This document shows positions 25,911-37,227 of a stretch of 64,000 nt of DNA, in pieces. The DNA comes from Centroscyllium fabricii. Lineage: Eukaryota. Below the pieces are notes generated by a model, which was not told the origin of the DNA, made no database searches, and saw only the letters and a list, made by a program, of their open reading frames with translations. Location of the stretch: the NCBI GenBank assembly GCA_051313645.2, contig JBNRSN020000002.1, positions 209,374,001 through 209,438,000 on the forward strand. Direction: 5' to 3'. The position numbers and the translations under genes were made by a program. Numbering within the stretch: the first letter of the stretch is position 1; each line of letters begins with the position of its first letter.

Positions 25911-26574
25911 AATTAACAGCAAACACAATTCCCTGTAATTTGTACTGGGTTTGCGCTTCTTTCTTTTTGTGCCCATTTAAAATGTGAGCAAAGGATGCTC
26001 CCCGGCTTTTATATAGTCTATGGAAATGTCTTTGTAATATTTATTGTATTTATTTTGTTCAGTGTTTCCAGGGAACCTAATAGACTGTGGAGCTGAAACA
26101 ATATATAAAATAGGTTTTGTCCTTTGAAGAATCTGTAATCGCTGGATGAAACTTTACTGGGGCTCAGAAACTGACTTTCTGAACCATTTGTGGATCAAGT
26201 GGGCTGAGGGCATAATGACATTAGAAACTGTGTGATTGGATGAATAAGGACCCAACAGGAACTGACAGGGTGAGCCTAATTTTAATAAATATGGTGAACT
26301 GCTGTCCCATATTGGTCCTGGTACTGGGAGTTCACCTGAAGGGGTGAGGAATGCAATATATGTGATACCCATCCATTGAGCTTATGACATTATTACAGTT
26401 TTCAAAGGAAGCACTTGGACACCATCTTAAGCTGTATAAAATATACATTTCTTGTTTAATTTAAATTCCGTTTTCATTGCAATTACCGTTACAATTTTTT
26501 AGATTTTGTACTAAATGTTCTCACAGTTTTTGATGTCATCAATCACTCCCATCACTATTTCAATAAACTCTCCA

Positions 26575-27114
26575 AACCCATCTTTCACCTTCCATAAACT
26601 TGAGCTCATCCAAAAATCGGCTGCCTGTATCCTAACTCACACCAGGTCCCGTTCACCCATCACCCCTGTGCTTGCAGGCCTACATTGGTTCCTGGTTCAG
26701 CAATGCCGCGAATTTAACATTTTCATCCTTGTGTTCAAATCGCTCCATGGTTTCACCCCTCCTTATCTCTGTAACCTCCTCCAGCCCTACAACCCTCTGA
26801 GATATCTGCGCTCATCCAATTCTGCCCTCTCGTGCATCACCAATTTTTATCGCTCCGCTAGTGGCAGCTGAGCCTTCAGCTTCCTTGACCCTAAGCTTTG
26901 GAGTTCCGATCTAGACGCTTCCGCAGCTACACCTCTCTCTCCTTCTTTAAGATGCTCCTTAACACCTACCTCTTTGACCAAGCTTTTGGTCACCTGTCCT
27001 GATATCACGTTATGTGGCTCAGTGTCAAATTTTGTCTGATAACGCTCCTGAGAAGCGCCTTAGGACATCTTATTACATTAAAAGGGCTATATAAATGCAA
27101 GTTTGTTGTTGTTG
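26575..27114 (+). mobile_element. L2 LINE 3' end
   Basis: LELIQKSAACILTHTRSRSPITPVLAGLHWFLV; tail gctatataaatgcaagtt(tgt)n. Confidence 0.85.
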
Positions 27115-27430
27115 TAAGCCAACTTCACATCCCCAATAATCTGGATTGCATCTTTTATTGCCTAATATCTATTTAAATGATAGAGTGACCCAGGATTGTA
27201 ACATGGAACCTTTGCTGAGAATACCAGCTGCTGTAAGATCATATATGTTGCTACATGAGTTCTCTCTTTGCACAAGACTGAAAAACATTCTACTGAGATG
27301 AGGCATGACTGCAAACCAATAAACTAGTTTATTTTACATAAAATGTATGGAAATTCAGAAAGCAGTTTTCACAATGAGAATGGCTAACTTCCTATGGTCC
27401 ATGATAATAATAAAAATAAAGATGCATGCA

Positions 27431-28213
27431 GGGGCAATTTTCCCTCGGGTGTGGGGAATTGGCAGGTTTCCGGCGGGTCAGGTTTCCCACGCAAATACTA
27501 AAGGGCCTGGGAGCCCCATGCAATTTTGGCTCAATTGGCCAACTGATCCCCACGTGTGGGAACCCTTGCCAATTGACTATTTCCAGTCTGAAAGTCGGCG
27601 GGGTGCCGGCTGTTTAAAGACCAGAGCCCCGTTACAATGCTAAGTGCAACACAGCCCTTTGACTGACAACTGCTGGTTAGTTACAATGGGAAGTAATTCA
27701 GAGCCTTAACATTGACAGCTGCTGCAGAGCTATCTGTCAAATATGAAAAGAGCTGCAAGCTGAGTTTATAAAAAACTATAATCTCACTGATATTGTACAC
27801 CCTGGGGATACAGTTAGCCCTCCTGCAGGCTGCTGCTCAGGGACGACTTCTGGTTCAGCTGATTGCATGTCCTCCTTTGACTTGCAGCTGATACTCAGCA
27901 AGCCGATTGTGTCCCTGCCAGGTTTCACCGGCGGGGTTTCCAGCTGGCGGGTTATGGGTGGGGAATGCCTGAAAATAGCGAGGACACCTTAAAATGGCAT
28001 TATACATGCCAAGTAAGGGTGCTTAAGGAGCCTATCGACCATTACCGCTGGTCGCGGACGGGAAAGATTTGGGGCGGGCAGACACGGCGGCGAGAAATCG
28101 CAAAGCAGCGGGGATCTGGTGGGGTTCGGGACTTGCCCCCCCCCCCCGGTTTTGCTATTTTGCACCCCGCTCCACTAGAAAACCCACCTCATGGCCCAAG
28201 GAAAATTTACCCC
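27431..28213. mobile_element. Harbinger-type MITE
   Basis: Imperfect TIRs GGGGCAATTTTCCCTCGGG / CCCAAGGAAAATTTACCCC; no clean TSD. Confidence 0.6.
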
Positions 28214-28214
28214 A

Positions 28215-30237
28215 ATATAGAAATCAGTATTTGTAGGGAAATGGTGTTAGAGAAATTGATGGGGTTGAAGGTCGATAAATCCCCAGGGCCTGATAATCTA
28301 CATCCTAGGGTACTTAAGGAAGTGGCCCTAGAAAGAGTGGATGCATTGCTGGTCATCTTCCAAAATTTGCTAGACTCTGGAACAGTATCCATGGATTGGA
28401 GGGTGGCTAATGTTACCCCACTATCTAAAAAAGGTGGTAGAGAGAAAACGGGGAATTACAGACATCGGTCGTGGGGAAAATGCTAGAGTCCATTATAAAA
28501 GATGTAATAGCAGAGTACTTGGAAAATAGTGACCGGATCGGACAAAGTCAACATGGATTTAAAAAAAGGTAAATCATGCTTGACTAATCTACTGGAATTT
28601 TTTGAGGATGTAACTGGTAAAATAGATAAGGGAGAACCAGTGGATGTGGCGTACTTGGATTTTCCAAAAGGCTTTCAATAAGGTCCCGCATAAGAGATTA
28701 GCATGTAAAATTAATGCACATGGGATTGGGGGCAAGGTATTGACTTGGATAGAGAACTGGTTGGCAGACAGAAAGCAAAGAGTTGGAATAAACGGCTCTT
28801 TTTCCAAGTGGCAGGCAGTGACTAGTGGGGTACTGTAGGGATCGGTCCTTGGACCCCAGCCATTCACAATATATATTAATGATCTAGACGAGAGAACTGG
28901 ATGTAATATCTCCAAGTTTGCAGGTGACACAAAGCTGGGTGGGCATGTGTGCTGTGAGGAGGATGCCGAGGAATGGCAGTATGATTTGGACAGGTTGGGT
29001 GACTGGGCAGAAGCATGGCAGATGCAATATAACGTGGATAAATGCAAGGTTATCCACTTTGGTGTCAAAAACAAGAAGGCAGATTATTATCTGAATGGCA
29101 ATAGATTGGGAGAAGGGGAAGTACAACGGGACCTGGGTGCCCTTGTGCACCAGTCACTGAAGGTAAGAAAGCAGGTGCAGCAGGTGGTTAAAAAGGCAAA
29201 TGGCATGTTGGCGAGAGGGTTTGAGTGCAAGAATAAGGATGTCTTGCTGCAGTTGTACAGGGCCTTGGTGAGACCACATCTTGAGTATTGTGTATAGATG
29301 TGGTCACCTTATCTAAGGAAGGATGTTCTTGCCATGGAAGGAGTGCAGCGAAGATTCACCAGGCTGATACCTGGAATGGCAGAAATGTATGGGGAGAGGT
29401 TGGGTCGATTGGGCTTGTACTCATTGGAGTTTAGAAGAATGAGAGGGGATCTCATTGAAACTTGTAAATTTCTAACAGGACTAGACAGACTAGATGCAGG
29501 AAGGATGTTCCCGATGGTGGGGGAGTCCAGAACCAGGGGTCACAGTCCAAGGGGCGGCACGGTGGCATAGTGGTTAGCACTGTTGCCTTACAGCATTGGA
29601 GACCCGGGTTCAAATCCAGCCTTGGGTACTATCTGTGTGGAGTTTGCACATTCTCCCCGTGTCTGCGTGGGTTTCCTCCGGGTGCTCCGGTTTCCTCCCA
29701 CAGTCCAAAGTTGTGCGGGTTAGGTTGATTGGCCATGATAAATTGACCCTTAGTGTTAGGGGGATTGAATATGTGGGGTTACGGGGATAGGGTGGGATAT
29801 GTGTTGGTGCTGGCTCGATAGGGATCGAGGGATATGGGGAGAGGGCAGGGACAGGGTGCTGGGTTTGGATGATCAGCCATGATCTCATTGAATGGCGGAA
29901 CAGGCTCGAAGGGCCAAATGGCCTACTCCTGCTCCTAGTTTCTATGTTTCTATGTTTCTATGTTAAGCCATTTAGAACAGAGATGAGGAGGAATTTCTTC
30001 ACCCAGAGAGTGGTGAACCTGTGGAATTCTCTACCACAGAATGCAGTAGAGGCCAATTCATTAAATATATTCAAGAAGGAGTTAGATATATTTCTTAAGG
30101 CTATTGGGATCAAGGGATATGGGGAGAAAGCAGGGACGGGTACGGAAATTGAATGATCAGCCTTGATCGCATTGAATGGCGGAGCAGGCTTGAGGGGCCG
30201 AATGGCCTACTCCTGCCCCGATCTTCTATGTTTCTAT
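28215..30237 (+). mobile_element. 5'-truncated CR1 (RT and 3' UTR) with a nested SINE
   Basis: LKVDKSPGPDNLHPRVLKE, FQKAFNKVPH, LYRALVRPHLEYCV, FFTQRVVNLWN. Confidence 0.9.
29551..29963 (+). mobile_element. tRNA-derived V-domain SINE (HE1-like) with a CR1 3' tail
   Basis: A box TGGCATAGTGG, B box GGTTCAAATCC; V-type core tgtggagtttgcacattctccccgtgtctgcgtgggtttcctccgg; (ctatgttt)n tail. Confidence 0.85.
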
Positions 30238-31289
30238 ATATTACTGACCCCCTAGGCATAGGCGTACTTTCAAGCCCAACTATTCCAAAACTAGTTTGTG
30301 CTGACTTTCTTTTCCAGGCTGCAAGGGCTCACTTGCGCACTCTGTCTCTGAGAGAGTGTGAGACCTCTCTAACACCTGTCTTAAGTCTCTGCAGATCAGG
30401 GGTTTGGCCTGACAAGCTGTCAATCGTCAAGGGCTCTAGACTAAGCTTACTCTTAAAGCAGTAGGCAAATAACATACCTTTCATTGTTTAATTAGCCTAG
30501 AATGACTAGCTATCACCACTGAAACAATCTTTGTTGATATTCCTACATTCTTGTCAATGACTGACTGACATCCTCGGGGGTCTTCAAATGAAGACCCAAT
30601 TGTCAAATTGATCTCTTCGCCAATCATGTCAAATTTGTCTTCTCTATCTACTAACCTGGTCAATTATCCAAAACAATATGCTGGATGACAATGCCCTTTT
30701 AATCAGTTCAGTGTTAATAATTGGTTACTATCTTTGTCTCACTCTGGGACACTGCTTGATTCCTATAAGAATTATAAATTAATTAAAGATTTCAAAGATA
30801 TCTGATGTGGTGCACTACTAAGGAGAGTTGTAATTAACTCTGATATATGTGAATCCCTGTTTTAGCAAACGATCCCCCTCTGTCCAAGATCCTCTTATGT
30901 TTCTGCTTATATGCAGCCTTTTTGTCTGTTCCTTATGGCGGTAACAATGAATAATTCAGTAGCTCAATATAAAAAAAAAGCTTTGTATTTTCTTCTGACA
31001 GTCAGATGATGTGCATTTGTATATGTCATAGATGCTTTTAATGCTCTCCAAAAAAAGCAGAAAAAGCTGGAAACACGTAAGATCAGCCAAAACTTAAAAC
31101 TCAAAACAGATTCATATTTAGGGTGGAGCTCTTCAATGAGAATTGAAGAATATATTTACTAATACTTACGACAGTGGAGGTAATTTTGACTTTGGGCCCT
31201 AGTGTAAAACGGGCGATATTCGATTTACTGTCTTTTCTACATCTCTCCCGATTTTAATTTCCATTGACTTCAATACTTTGAATGGAGGA

Positions 31290-31840
31290 AAGCTGCATGA
31301 TGGGGAAGAGCAGATGGTTCATGAGACATTAAAAACAGCACCACAAGTGGATAAGGCCATAAAGCAAAGCTAATGGAATACTGGGTTTATGGCTAGCATT
31401 ACAGCATATTAATGTCAAGTTATAATGTTGAATATATAATGTCTTAGTGAGGCATTATCGGAGCACTGTTTTTGTTAGAAGACATTACAAGGTGATTTTA
31501 TAGAGATGTTTAAAATGATAAAAAGAAAAAAATTATGATTAAAATTATGAAGGGATGGACAGAAAAGATAGAAATTGTTTTCACTGTTTGACGCATCTAG
31601 ACTAAGAGGACATAGATATAAGACAAAATGGTTCTCATCCACCGTAACTTTGACTTAAGAGCCACAGAAATGCTGGAAAAATGGTATAAACAACATATAT
31701 GCTGTTTTTCTGGGGATTCCCTGGCACTTCCACCAAAATTACGCTGGGCAATTTGATGAACCCTTGCGGAAGTGACCCTAAAATGTAAGAGTGCAGGAGA
31801 AACCTTTTTACACAGAGGGCTGTTTGGCTGTGGAATGCAC
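31290..31840 (+). mobile_element. Old CR1 3' fragment; continues at 36680-36870 after the Gypsy insertion
   Basis: ANGILGFM; tttacacagagggctgtttggctgtggaatgcac|taccagag. Confidence 0.6.
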
Positions 31841-32173
31841 TGACGTATCGTCAATCAAATGCAAAAGACAAGTAGTTACCCAAATTATAGGCTTTTATTC
31901 ACTAACAATGGAGCTGGTCTCCTGTTGAGTTCAAGGCGAGAGTGAGCGGGGGCAGGGCAGCCCTCACCTATATGCTCCGACCTGAGGGGAGGAGTTAGGG
32001 GTGTGGCTGACCTGGCTTAACATACAATATCAAGGTGAGCACATCAACTATATACAATGGTAATACACGGTTACCACATTCACCCCTTCTTTAAAAACAA
32101 GTCCGGCGGGGTGAACGTGCCTTCTCTTGAGAGGAAGAGAGAGAAAAAAGCTCAATATGTCCATTAGACGCAA

Positions 32174-33181
32174 TCAGCATTGCGTTATTAGTCTCTCCGG
32201 CAGTCGCGTCTGCCTGGGGGACCGCCGGGGTGCCGGTAATGGTGGTGCCGGTTGCAGGGCCGGGATCGAGCTCACCGCCAACGGTGCCAGCGGTGCAGTG
32301 TCCGATCCCGGGTCATCGATCAGTGGTGTTGAGGGCCCCGGTGTGTGTATGTATGGGGGCCAGTATTCGGTGGGTGGTGGCTGGTCGGGCTGAGGCTCGA
32401 CCGGGGGTTCTGCCCTAGTGCTCCCGGAGGGCGCCAGGTCCCTGATCGAGACTGTATCCTCGCGCCCGTCCGGGAATGTCACGTAAGCGTATTGCGGGTT
32501 GGCGTGGAGCAGGTGCACCCGTTCCACCAGGGGGTCGGTTTTGTGGCCGCGGACGTGTTTCCTAAGCAACAAAGGCCCCTGTGCTGTGAGCCACAGCGGC
32601 AGTGCTGTCCCCGAAGTCGACTTCCTGGGGAAGGAAAACAACAGGTCATGAGGTGTTGAGTTAGTGGTGGTACACAACAGAGAGCGAATGGCATGGAGCG
32701 CATCTGGGAGGACCTCCTGCCAATGGGAAACTGGAAGGCCTCTGGACTTCAGGCCCAGGTTGACCGCCTTCCAGATGGTCCTGTTCTCCCTTTCTACCTG
32801 GCCATTCCCCCGGGGGTTGAAACTGCTCGTTCTACTTGAGGCAACCCCTTTCTGAAGCAGAAACTGATGCAGCTCGTCGCTCATGAACGACGACCCCCGG
32901 TCGCTATGGATGTAGCTGGGGAGACCGAAAATGGCGAACAGCGTGGTGAAGTGTTTGATCACCGTTGCGCTCATCATGTCTGGGCAGGGGAAGGCAAAGG
33001 GGAAGCGTGAGAACTCGTCTATGACCGTGAGGAAATACGAGTTGCGGTCAGTGGAGGGAAGGGGGCCTTTGAAGTCCACGCTCAGGCGTTCAAAGGGGCG
33101 GGTGGCCTTGATGACGTGCGCCGTTTCTGGCCTGTAGAATTGGGGTTTGCACTCATCACAGACAGGGCACTCTTTGGTCAT
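32174..33181 (-). CDS. Gypsy integrase (335-aa open frame)
   Basis: CPVC, RLSVDFKGP, IDEFSRF, IHSDRGSSF, GNGQVEREN. Confidence 0.9.
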   Translation of the reverse strand: MTKECPVCDECKPQFYRPETAHVIKATRPFERLSVDFKGPLPSTDRNSYFLTVIDEFSRFPFAFPCPDMMSATVIKHFTTLFAIFGLPSYIHSDRGSSFMSDELHQFLLQKGVASSRTSSFNPRGNGQVERENRTIWKAVNLGLKSRGLPVSHWQEVLPDALHAIRSLLCTTTNSTPHDLLFSFPRKSTSGTALPLWLTAQGPLLLRKHVRGHKTDPLVERVHLLHANPQYAYVTFPDGREDTVSIRDLAPSGSTRAEPPVEPQPDQPPPTEYWPPYIHTPGPSTPLIDDPGSDTAPLAPLAVSSIPALQPAPPLPAPRRSPRQTRLPERLITQC

Positions 33182-33286
33182 AGCCTTTATCTCCGTGATG
33201 AGTAGGGGAGGCTATGGGATTTGACGAAGTGGGCGAGTCTGGTGACACCCGAGTGGCAGAGACGATCGTGGAGGGCCTTCAGCCAG

Positions 33287-35242
33287 TCAAGCTGGGCGCT
33301 GGCGCACGTTCCCCTGGACAGTGCGTCCGGGGTTCGTTGAGTTTGCCTGGACGGTAAAGAATGTCGTACTCGTAAGTCGAGAGTTCAATCCGCCACCGCA
33401 GGATCTTATCATTCTTGATCTTACCCCGTTGTTTATTATTAAACATAAACGCCACCGACCGTTGTCAGTGAGCAGGGTAAAATGCTTACCAGCCAGGTAA
33501 TGACGCCAGTAGCGCACTGCCTCCACGATGGCCTGGGTCTCCTGTTCCACCGCTGAGTGGCGAGTTTCGGGTCCCTGTAAGGTCCTGGAGAAAAACGCTA
33601 CGGGCCTGCCTGCCTGGTTCAGGGTGGTGGCAAGGGCGAAGTCTGAAGCGTCACTCTCCACCTGGAAGGGGATGGACTCATCAACGGCGTGCATGGTCGC
33701 CTTGATGATGTCATCCTTGATCCGAGCGAATGCCGTTTGGGCTTTTTCCGAGAGGGGGAAGACGTTGGCCTTGAGGAGAGGTCTGGACTTATCCGCGTAC
33801 TGGGGGACCCATTGCGCGTAATAAGAAAAGAACCCTAGACATCTCCTCAGGGCTTTGGGGTTGTGAGGTAAGGGCAGCTCTTGCAAGGGGCACATACGCT
33901 GTGGGTCAGGGCCGAGGACCCCGTTTTCCACCACGTATCCGAGGATAGCGAGCCGATCCGGACTAAAGATGCACTTGTCTTTATTGTACGTTAGGTCCAG
34001 CCGTTTTGCCATGTGCAGGAATTTGGCGAGGTTGGTATTGTGGTCCTGCTGGTCATGGCCGCAGATGGTCACGTTGTCCAAGTAGGGAAAGGTGGCCTGC
34101 AACCCGTTCTGGTCAACCATACGGTCCATCTCCCTCTGGAACACCGACACCCCGTTGGTCACACCGAAGGGGACCCGGAGGAAGTGGTAGAGCCGGCCGT
34201 TCGCCTCGAAGGCGGTGTACTGGTGGTCGGATTTCCGGATGGGGAGTTGGTGATACGCCGACTTGAGGTCGATTGTGGAAAAGACCTTGCACTGGGCGAT
34301 CTGGTTTACCATATCCGAGATGCGGGGGAGGGGGTAGGCGTCAAGCCCGGTGTAGTGGTTAATCGTCTGGCTATAGTCGATGACCATGAGCAGTTTCTCG
34401 CCCGTCTTAACCACTATGACCTGGGCCCACCAGGGGCTGGTGCTGGCCTCAATTATCCCTTCATTCAGCATGCGCCCGACCTCCGACCTGATGAACGCCC
34501 GGTCCCCTGCACTGTAACGCCGACTTTTGGTAGCAATGGGCTTGCATTTAGGCTTGAGATTAGCGAACAGTGAGGGGGGGTCGACTTTTAATGTGGACAG
34601 GCCGCAAGTCGAGCTCTGCGTCATGTTGGGAGTGTCCCGGCTACTGACAGTGAGGGGGGCCAGGGTTCCACCAAAATCGATCGTCACGCTCTTCAGGTGA
34701 CACTGGAAATCCAGTCCCAGTAAGACTGGGGCGCACAGCTGCTGGAATACGTACAACTTAAAGTTGCGGTAAATGCAGTCCCTGATCGTGAGCGTGATGC
34801 TGCAGTAGCCGGTGACGTCCGCTGTGTGGGACTTTGAGGCAAGGGAGACTTGGTAGTGCGTGGGCTGGGTCTGCAGTGTGTCGCTCCGCACTGTGTCGGG
34901 ATATATGAAGCTCTCTGTGCTGCCGGTGTCGAACAGGCAGTTACTGGCGTGCCCGTCCACCTTAATCCCCATCATCGAGTTGGACAAGGTGTGCGGCCTA
35001 GCCTGATCGACGGTGGCTGAGGCCGAAGTGTATGTGTGTGAGTGGGGGCCCTCCGCTAGCTGGGGCCCCGGCCGGGGCAGTTGGCAAGATGGCCGCTCAG
35101 AAGATGGTGGCGCTGGCGATGCGCCTGTATCCGGCTGCTGTGGACAAGATGGCGGCACCCGTGGTTCGCACGCGGCCCACTGCTGTGGATATGATGGCGG
35201 TGCCCGTGGTTCGCACGCGGCCGACAAGATGGCGGCGCCCAT
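33287..35242 (-). CDS. pol: Gypsy Pol: protease, RT and RNase H (651-aa open frame, frameshifted near its end)
   Basis: LFDTGSTESF, IDLKSAYHQ, VPFGVTNGVSVFQ, YLDN, VESDASDFA, PVAFFSRTL. Confidence 0.9.
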   Translation of the reverse strand: MGAAILSAACEPRAPPSYPQQWAACEPRVPPSCPQQPDTGASPAPPSSERPSCQLPRPGPQLAEGPHSHTYTSASATVDQARPHTLSNSMMGIKVDGHASNCLFDTGSTESFIYPDTVRSDTLQTQPTHYQVSLASKSHTADVTGYCSITLTIRDCIYRNFKLYVFQQLCAPVLLGLDFQCHLKSVTIDFGGTLAPLTVSSRDTPNMTQSSTCGLSTLKVDPPSLFANLKPKCKPIATKSRRYSAGDRAFIRSEVGRMLNEGIIEASTSPWWAQVIVVKTGEKLLMVIDYSQTINHYTGLDAYPLPRISDMVNQIAQCKVFSTIDLKSAYHQLPIRKSDHQYTAFEANGRLYHFLRVPFGVTNGVSVFQREMDRMVDQNGLQATFPYLDNVTICGHDQQDHNTNLAKFLHMAKRLDLTYNKDKCIFSPDRLAILGYVVENGVLGPDPQRMCPLQELPLPHNPKALRRCLGFFSYYAQWVPQYADKSRPLLKANVFPLSEKAQTAFARIKDDIIKATMHAVDESIPFQVESDASDFALATTLNQAGRPVAFFSRTLQGPETRHSAVEQETQAIVEAVRYWRHYLAGKHFTLLTDNGRWRLCLIINNGVRSRMIRSCGGGLNSRLTSTTFFTVQANSTNPGRTVQGNVRQRPA

Positions 35243-35435
35243 GGTTCACACGCGGCCGACTGCAGTGGACAATATGGCGGCGTCGGGAGGTCGCACATGG
35301 CCGACCGCTGAGTATAAGATGGCGTCGCCCGTGGTTCGCACGCGGCCGACCGCGGTGGACAAGATGGCGGCGCCAGGGGGTCGCATATGGCCGACCGCTG
35401 TCAATAAGATGGCGGCGCCGGGGGGTCGCACATGG
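35086..35435. repeat. ~45-bp tandem repeat array between Gag and protease
   Basis: Repeated aagatggcggcgcccgtggttcgcacgcggccgaccgc.gtggac units. Confidence 0.9.
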
Positions 35436-36383
35436 CCGGTCGCGGTCGCGTTTGGAGTGCAGCGCCTGTGCCGCGCGCGCGGCCGGCCTCCGCCGTACAG
35501 TTAAAAGGGATTGAGGCACCCGCGTTTTACCCCCGGCTGACCGCTGCTGGGTCGCGCTGCAACACTGTACCTGGAGCCATGGAGTGGCATCGCTGTTCTC
35601 ACAGGCCGTGCTGTTGTGTCTGGAGGTGGAGGCTGGGCTGGACTTGCACACCTTTGCGTAGTGCCCCTTCTTCGCGCACCGCTCGCAGGTCGCATTCATC
35701 GCGGGGCACTACGCCCGCGGGTGCTTCCCTTGGCCGCAGAAGTAGCATCTGTGCCCTGCCGGTGTCTTCGCAGCCACCGCTGCCATCGTGGGGTTCTCGG
35801 CCTGTCACTGTGTCGCCCAGGGGTCAGGGGTAACGTGTGAGCCATGGTCTCCGTACGCCTCCAGCTTTCGGAGCGCTCCGTCCACCGCATTAGAGAGGGT
35901 TATTGCAGACTCGAGCGACAGTGTGCCCTTCTCCAGCAGCCGCTGGCGGGCCTGGCTGGACCTGAGTCCAGCCACATAGGCATCCCAGATTAGGAGGTTC
36001 GCTTCTTCCTCCACCTTCCTTGCCTGGCAGTCGCAGGCCCGTGCGAGGTCTTGAAGCGCTAGTAGGAACTGTTCGTTAGATTCACCGAGTCGTTGTCTTC
36101 TGGTCGCCAGAACATGCCTGGCATAGACCGAGTGGGCTGGGCACATGTAGCAGTTCTTTAGTTTCTTAATCGCTTCCTCGTAAGTCTTGAGGCCGCGGAT
36201 AAAAGAATACACCCGGCCGCTGATCCGTGATGAGATTACCTGGAGTTTGTCCTCATCACTCGTAGCCTTTACGGCCTTCATGTAGGCCTCGACCAGGCCA
36301 AACCAGTGTTCGAAGTTGTTAGCAGCATCGGGTGCCTGAGGATTTATGTCGAGGCGATCTGGTTTCACTGCGTTACTCTCCAA
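35097..36383 (-). pseudogene. gag: Gypsy Gag (frameshifted) with a CCHC knuckle
   Basis: KPDRLDINPQA..EHW, YARHVLATRRQ..GES, RQRLLE; CERCAKKGHYAKVC. Confidence 0.85.
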
Positions 36384-37227
36384 GTTTTAAAATTTTTGAA
36401 TAAAATTGACGTATCGACAATCAAATGCAAAAGACGAGTAGTTACCCAAACTATAGGCTTTTATTCACTAACAATGGAGCTGGTCTCCTGTTGAGTTCAA
36501 GGCGAGAGTGAGCGGGGGCAGGGCAGCCCTCACCTATATGCTCCGACCTGAGGGGAGGAGTTAGGGGTGTGGCTGACTTGGCCTAACATACAATATCAAG
36601 GTGAGCACATCAACTATATACAATGGTAAGGTGAGCACATCAACTGTATACAATGGTAATACATGGTTACCACATGCACTACCAGAGCTAGTAATTGAAA
36701 CATGTCAACACTTAAGAATAGATTCGATAGATGGTTAAAAGTAAGGGGAATAAAGAGATTTGGGAGCAGAGCAGGCATAGCAGGTTACGATTACTGCTCC
36801 TGTGGAGCTCCAACATAGATCAGTTGGGTCGAATGGCCTGTTTCTGTGTTGTAATTTTCATGCAATTCTATGCAGTACTGAGCCATATAGAACAGAAGAT
36901 CCTCGGCTGTATCTCCAAACTATTCTGAGTTGGTTGATATCGGGGGCAGCAATTTGTGTGTTCCAATTGGCTTCAGATGCCCTCGTCTAGGTGAACCAGG
37001 TTTCCTGTTCATGAATGCTGCCCCGTTACTTATCTGGAAAAGTGCATGCGACAGAAATTCAATGGCACCACACCCACTTTCCAGCACAAAATGTAAACCT
37101 ATGCATCACATATGGCGGGTGAGAAGTGTGCGCTCATTATGGGCCGGTAGTGCACCACCCACCATATTGGATTGGGCTGCTCCGTAGGCATCCAGGGTGC
37201 CCGCCAGAACTATTAAAATGGCTAATT

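Larger units (their letters stand above)
31841..36674 (-). mobile_element. Full-length Ty3/Gypsy LTR retrotransposon, relatively young; 3' LTR 31841-32078, 5' LTR 36407-36674
   Basis: TG..CA LTRs differing by about 6 substitutions plus a ~30-bp duplication; 5-bp TSD TGCAC; PPT aaagaaggggtgaa at 32079-32092. Confidence 0.97.

Noticed and set aside
29551-29625. tRNA gene
   Set aside because: A and B boxes belong to a SINE head followed by the V-type core and a LINE tail; the same applies to 56330-56406 and 43540-43604
30481-30663. Cadherin-like DRE motif exon
   Set aside because: No other cadherin motifs, weak splice signals and an in-frame stop
35013-35833. Plus-strand antisense ORFs over the Gypsy repeat array
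   Set aside because: Expected from a GC-rich repeat whose unit length is a multiple of three; no independent evidence of coding
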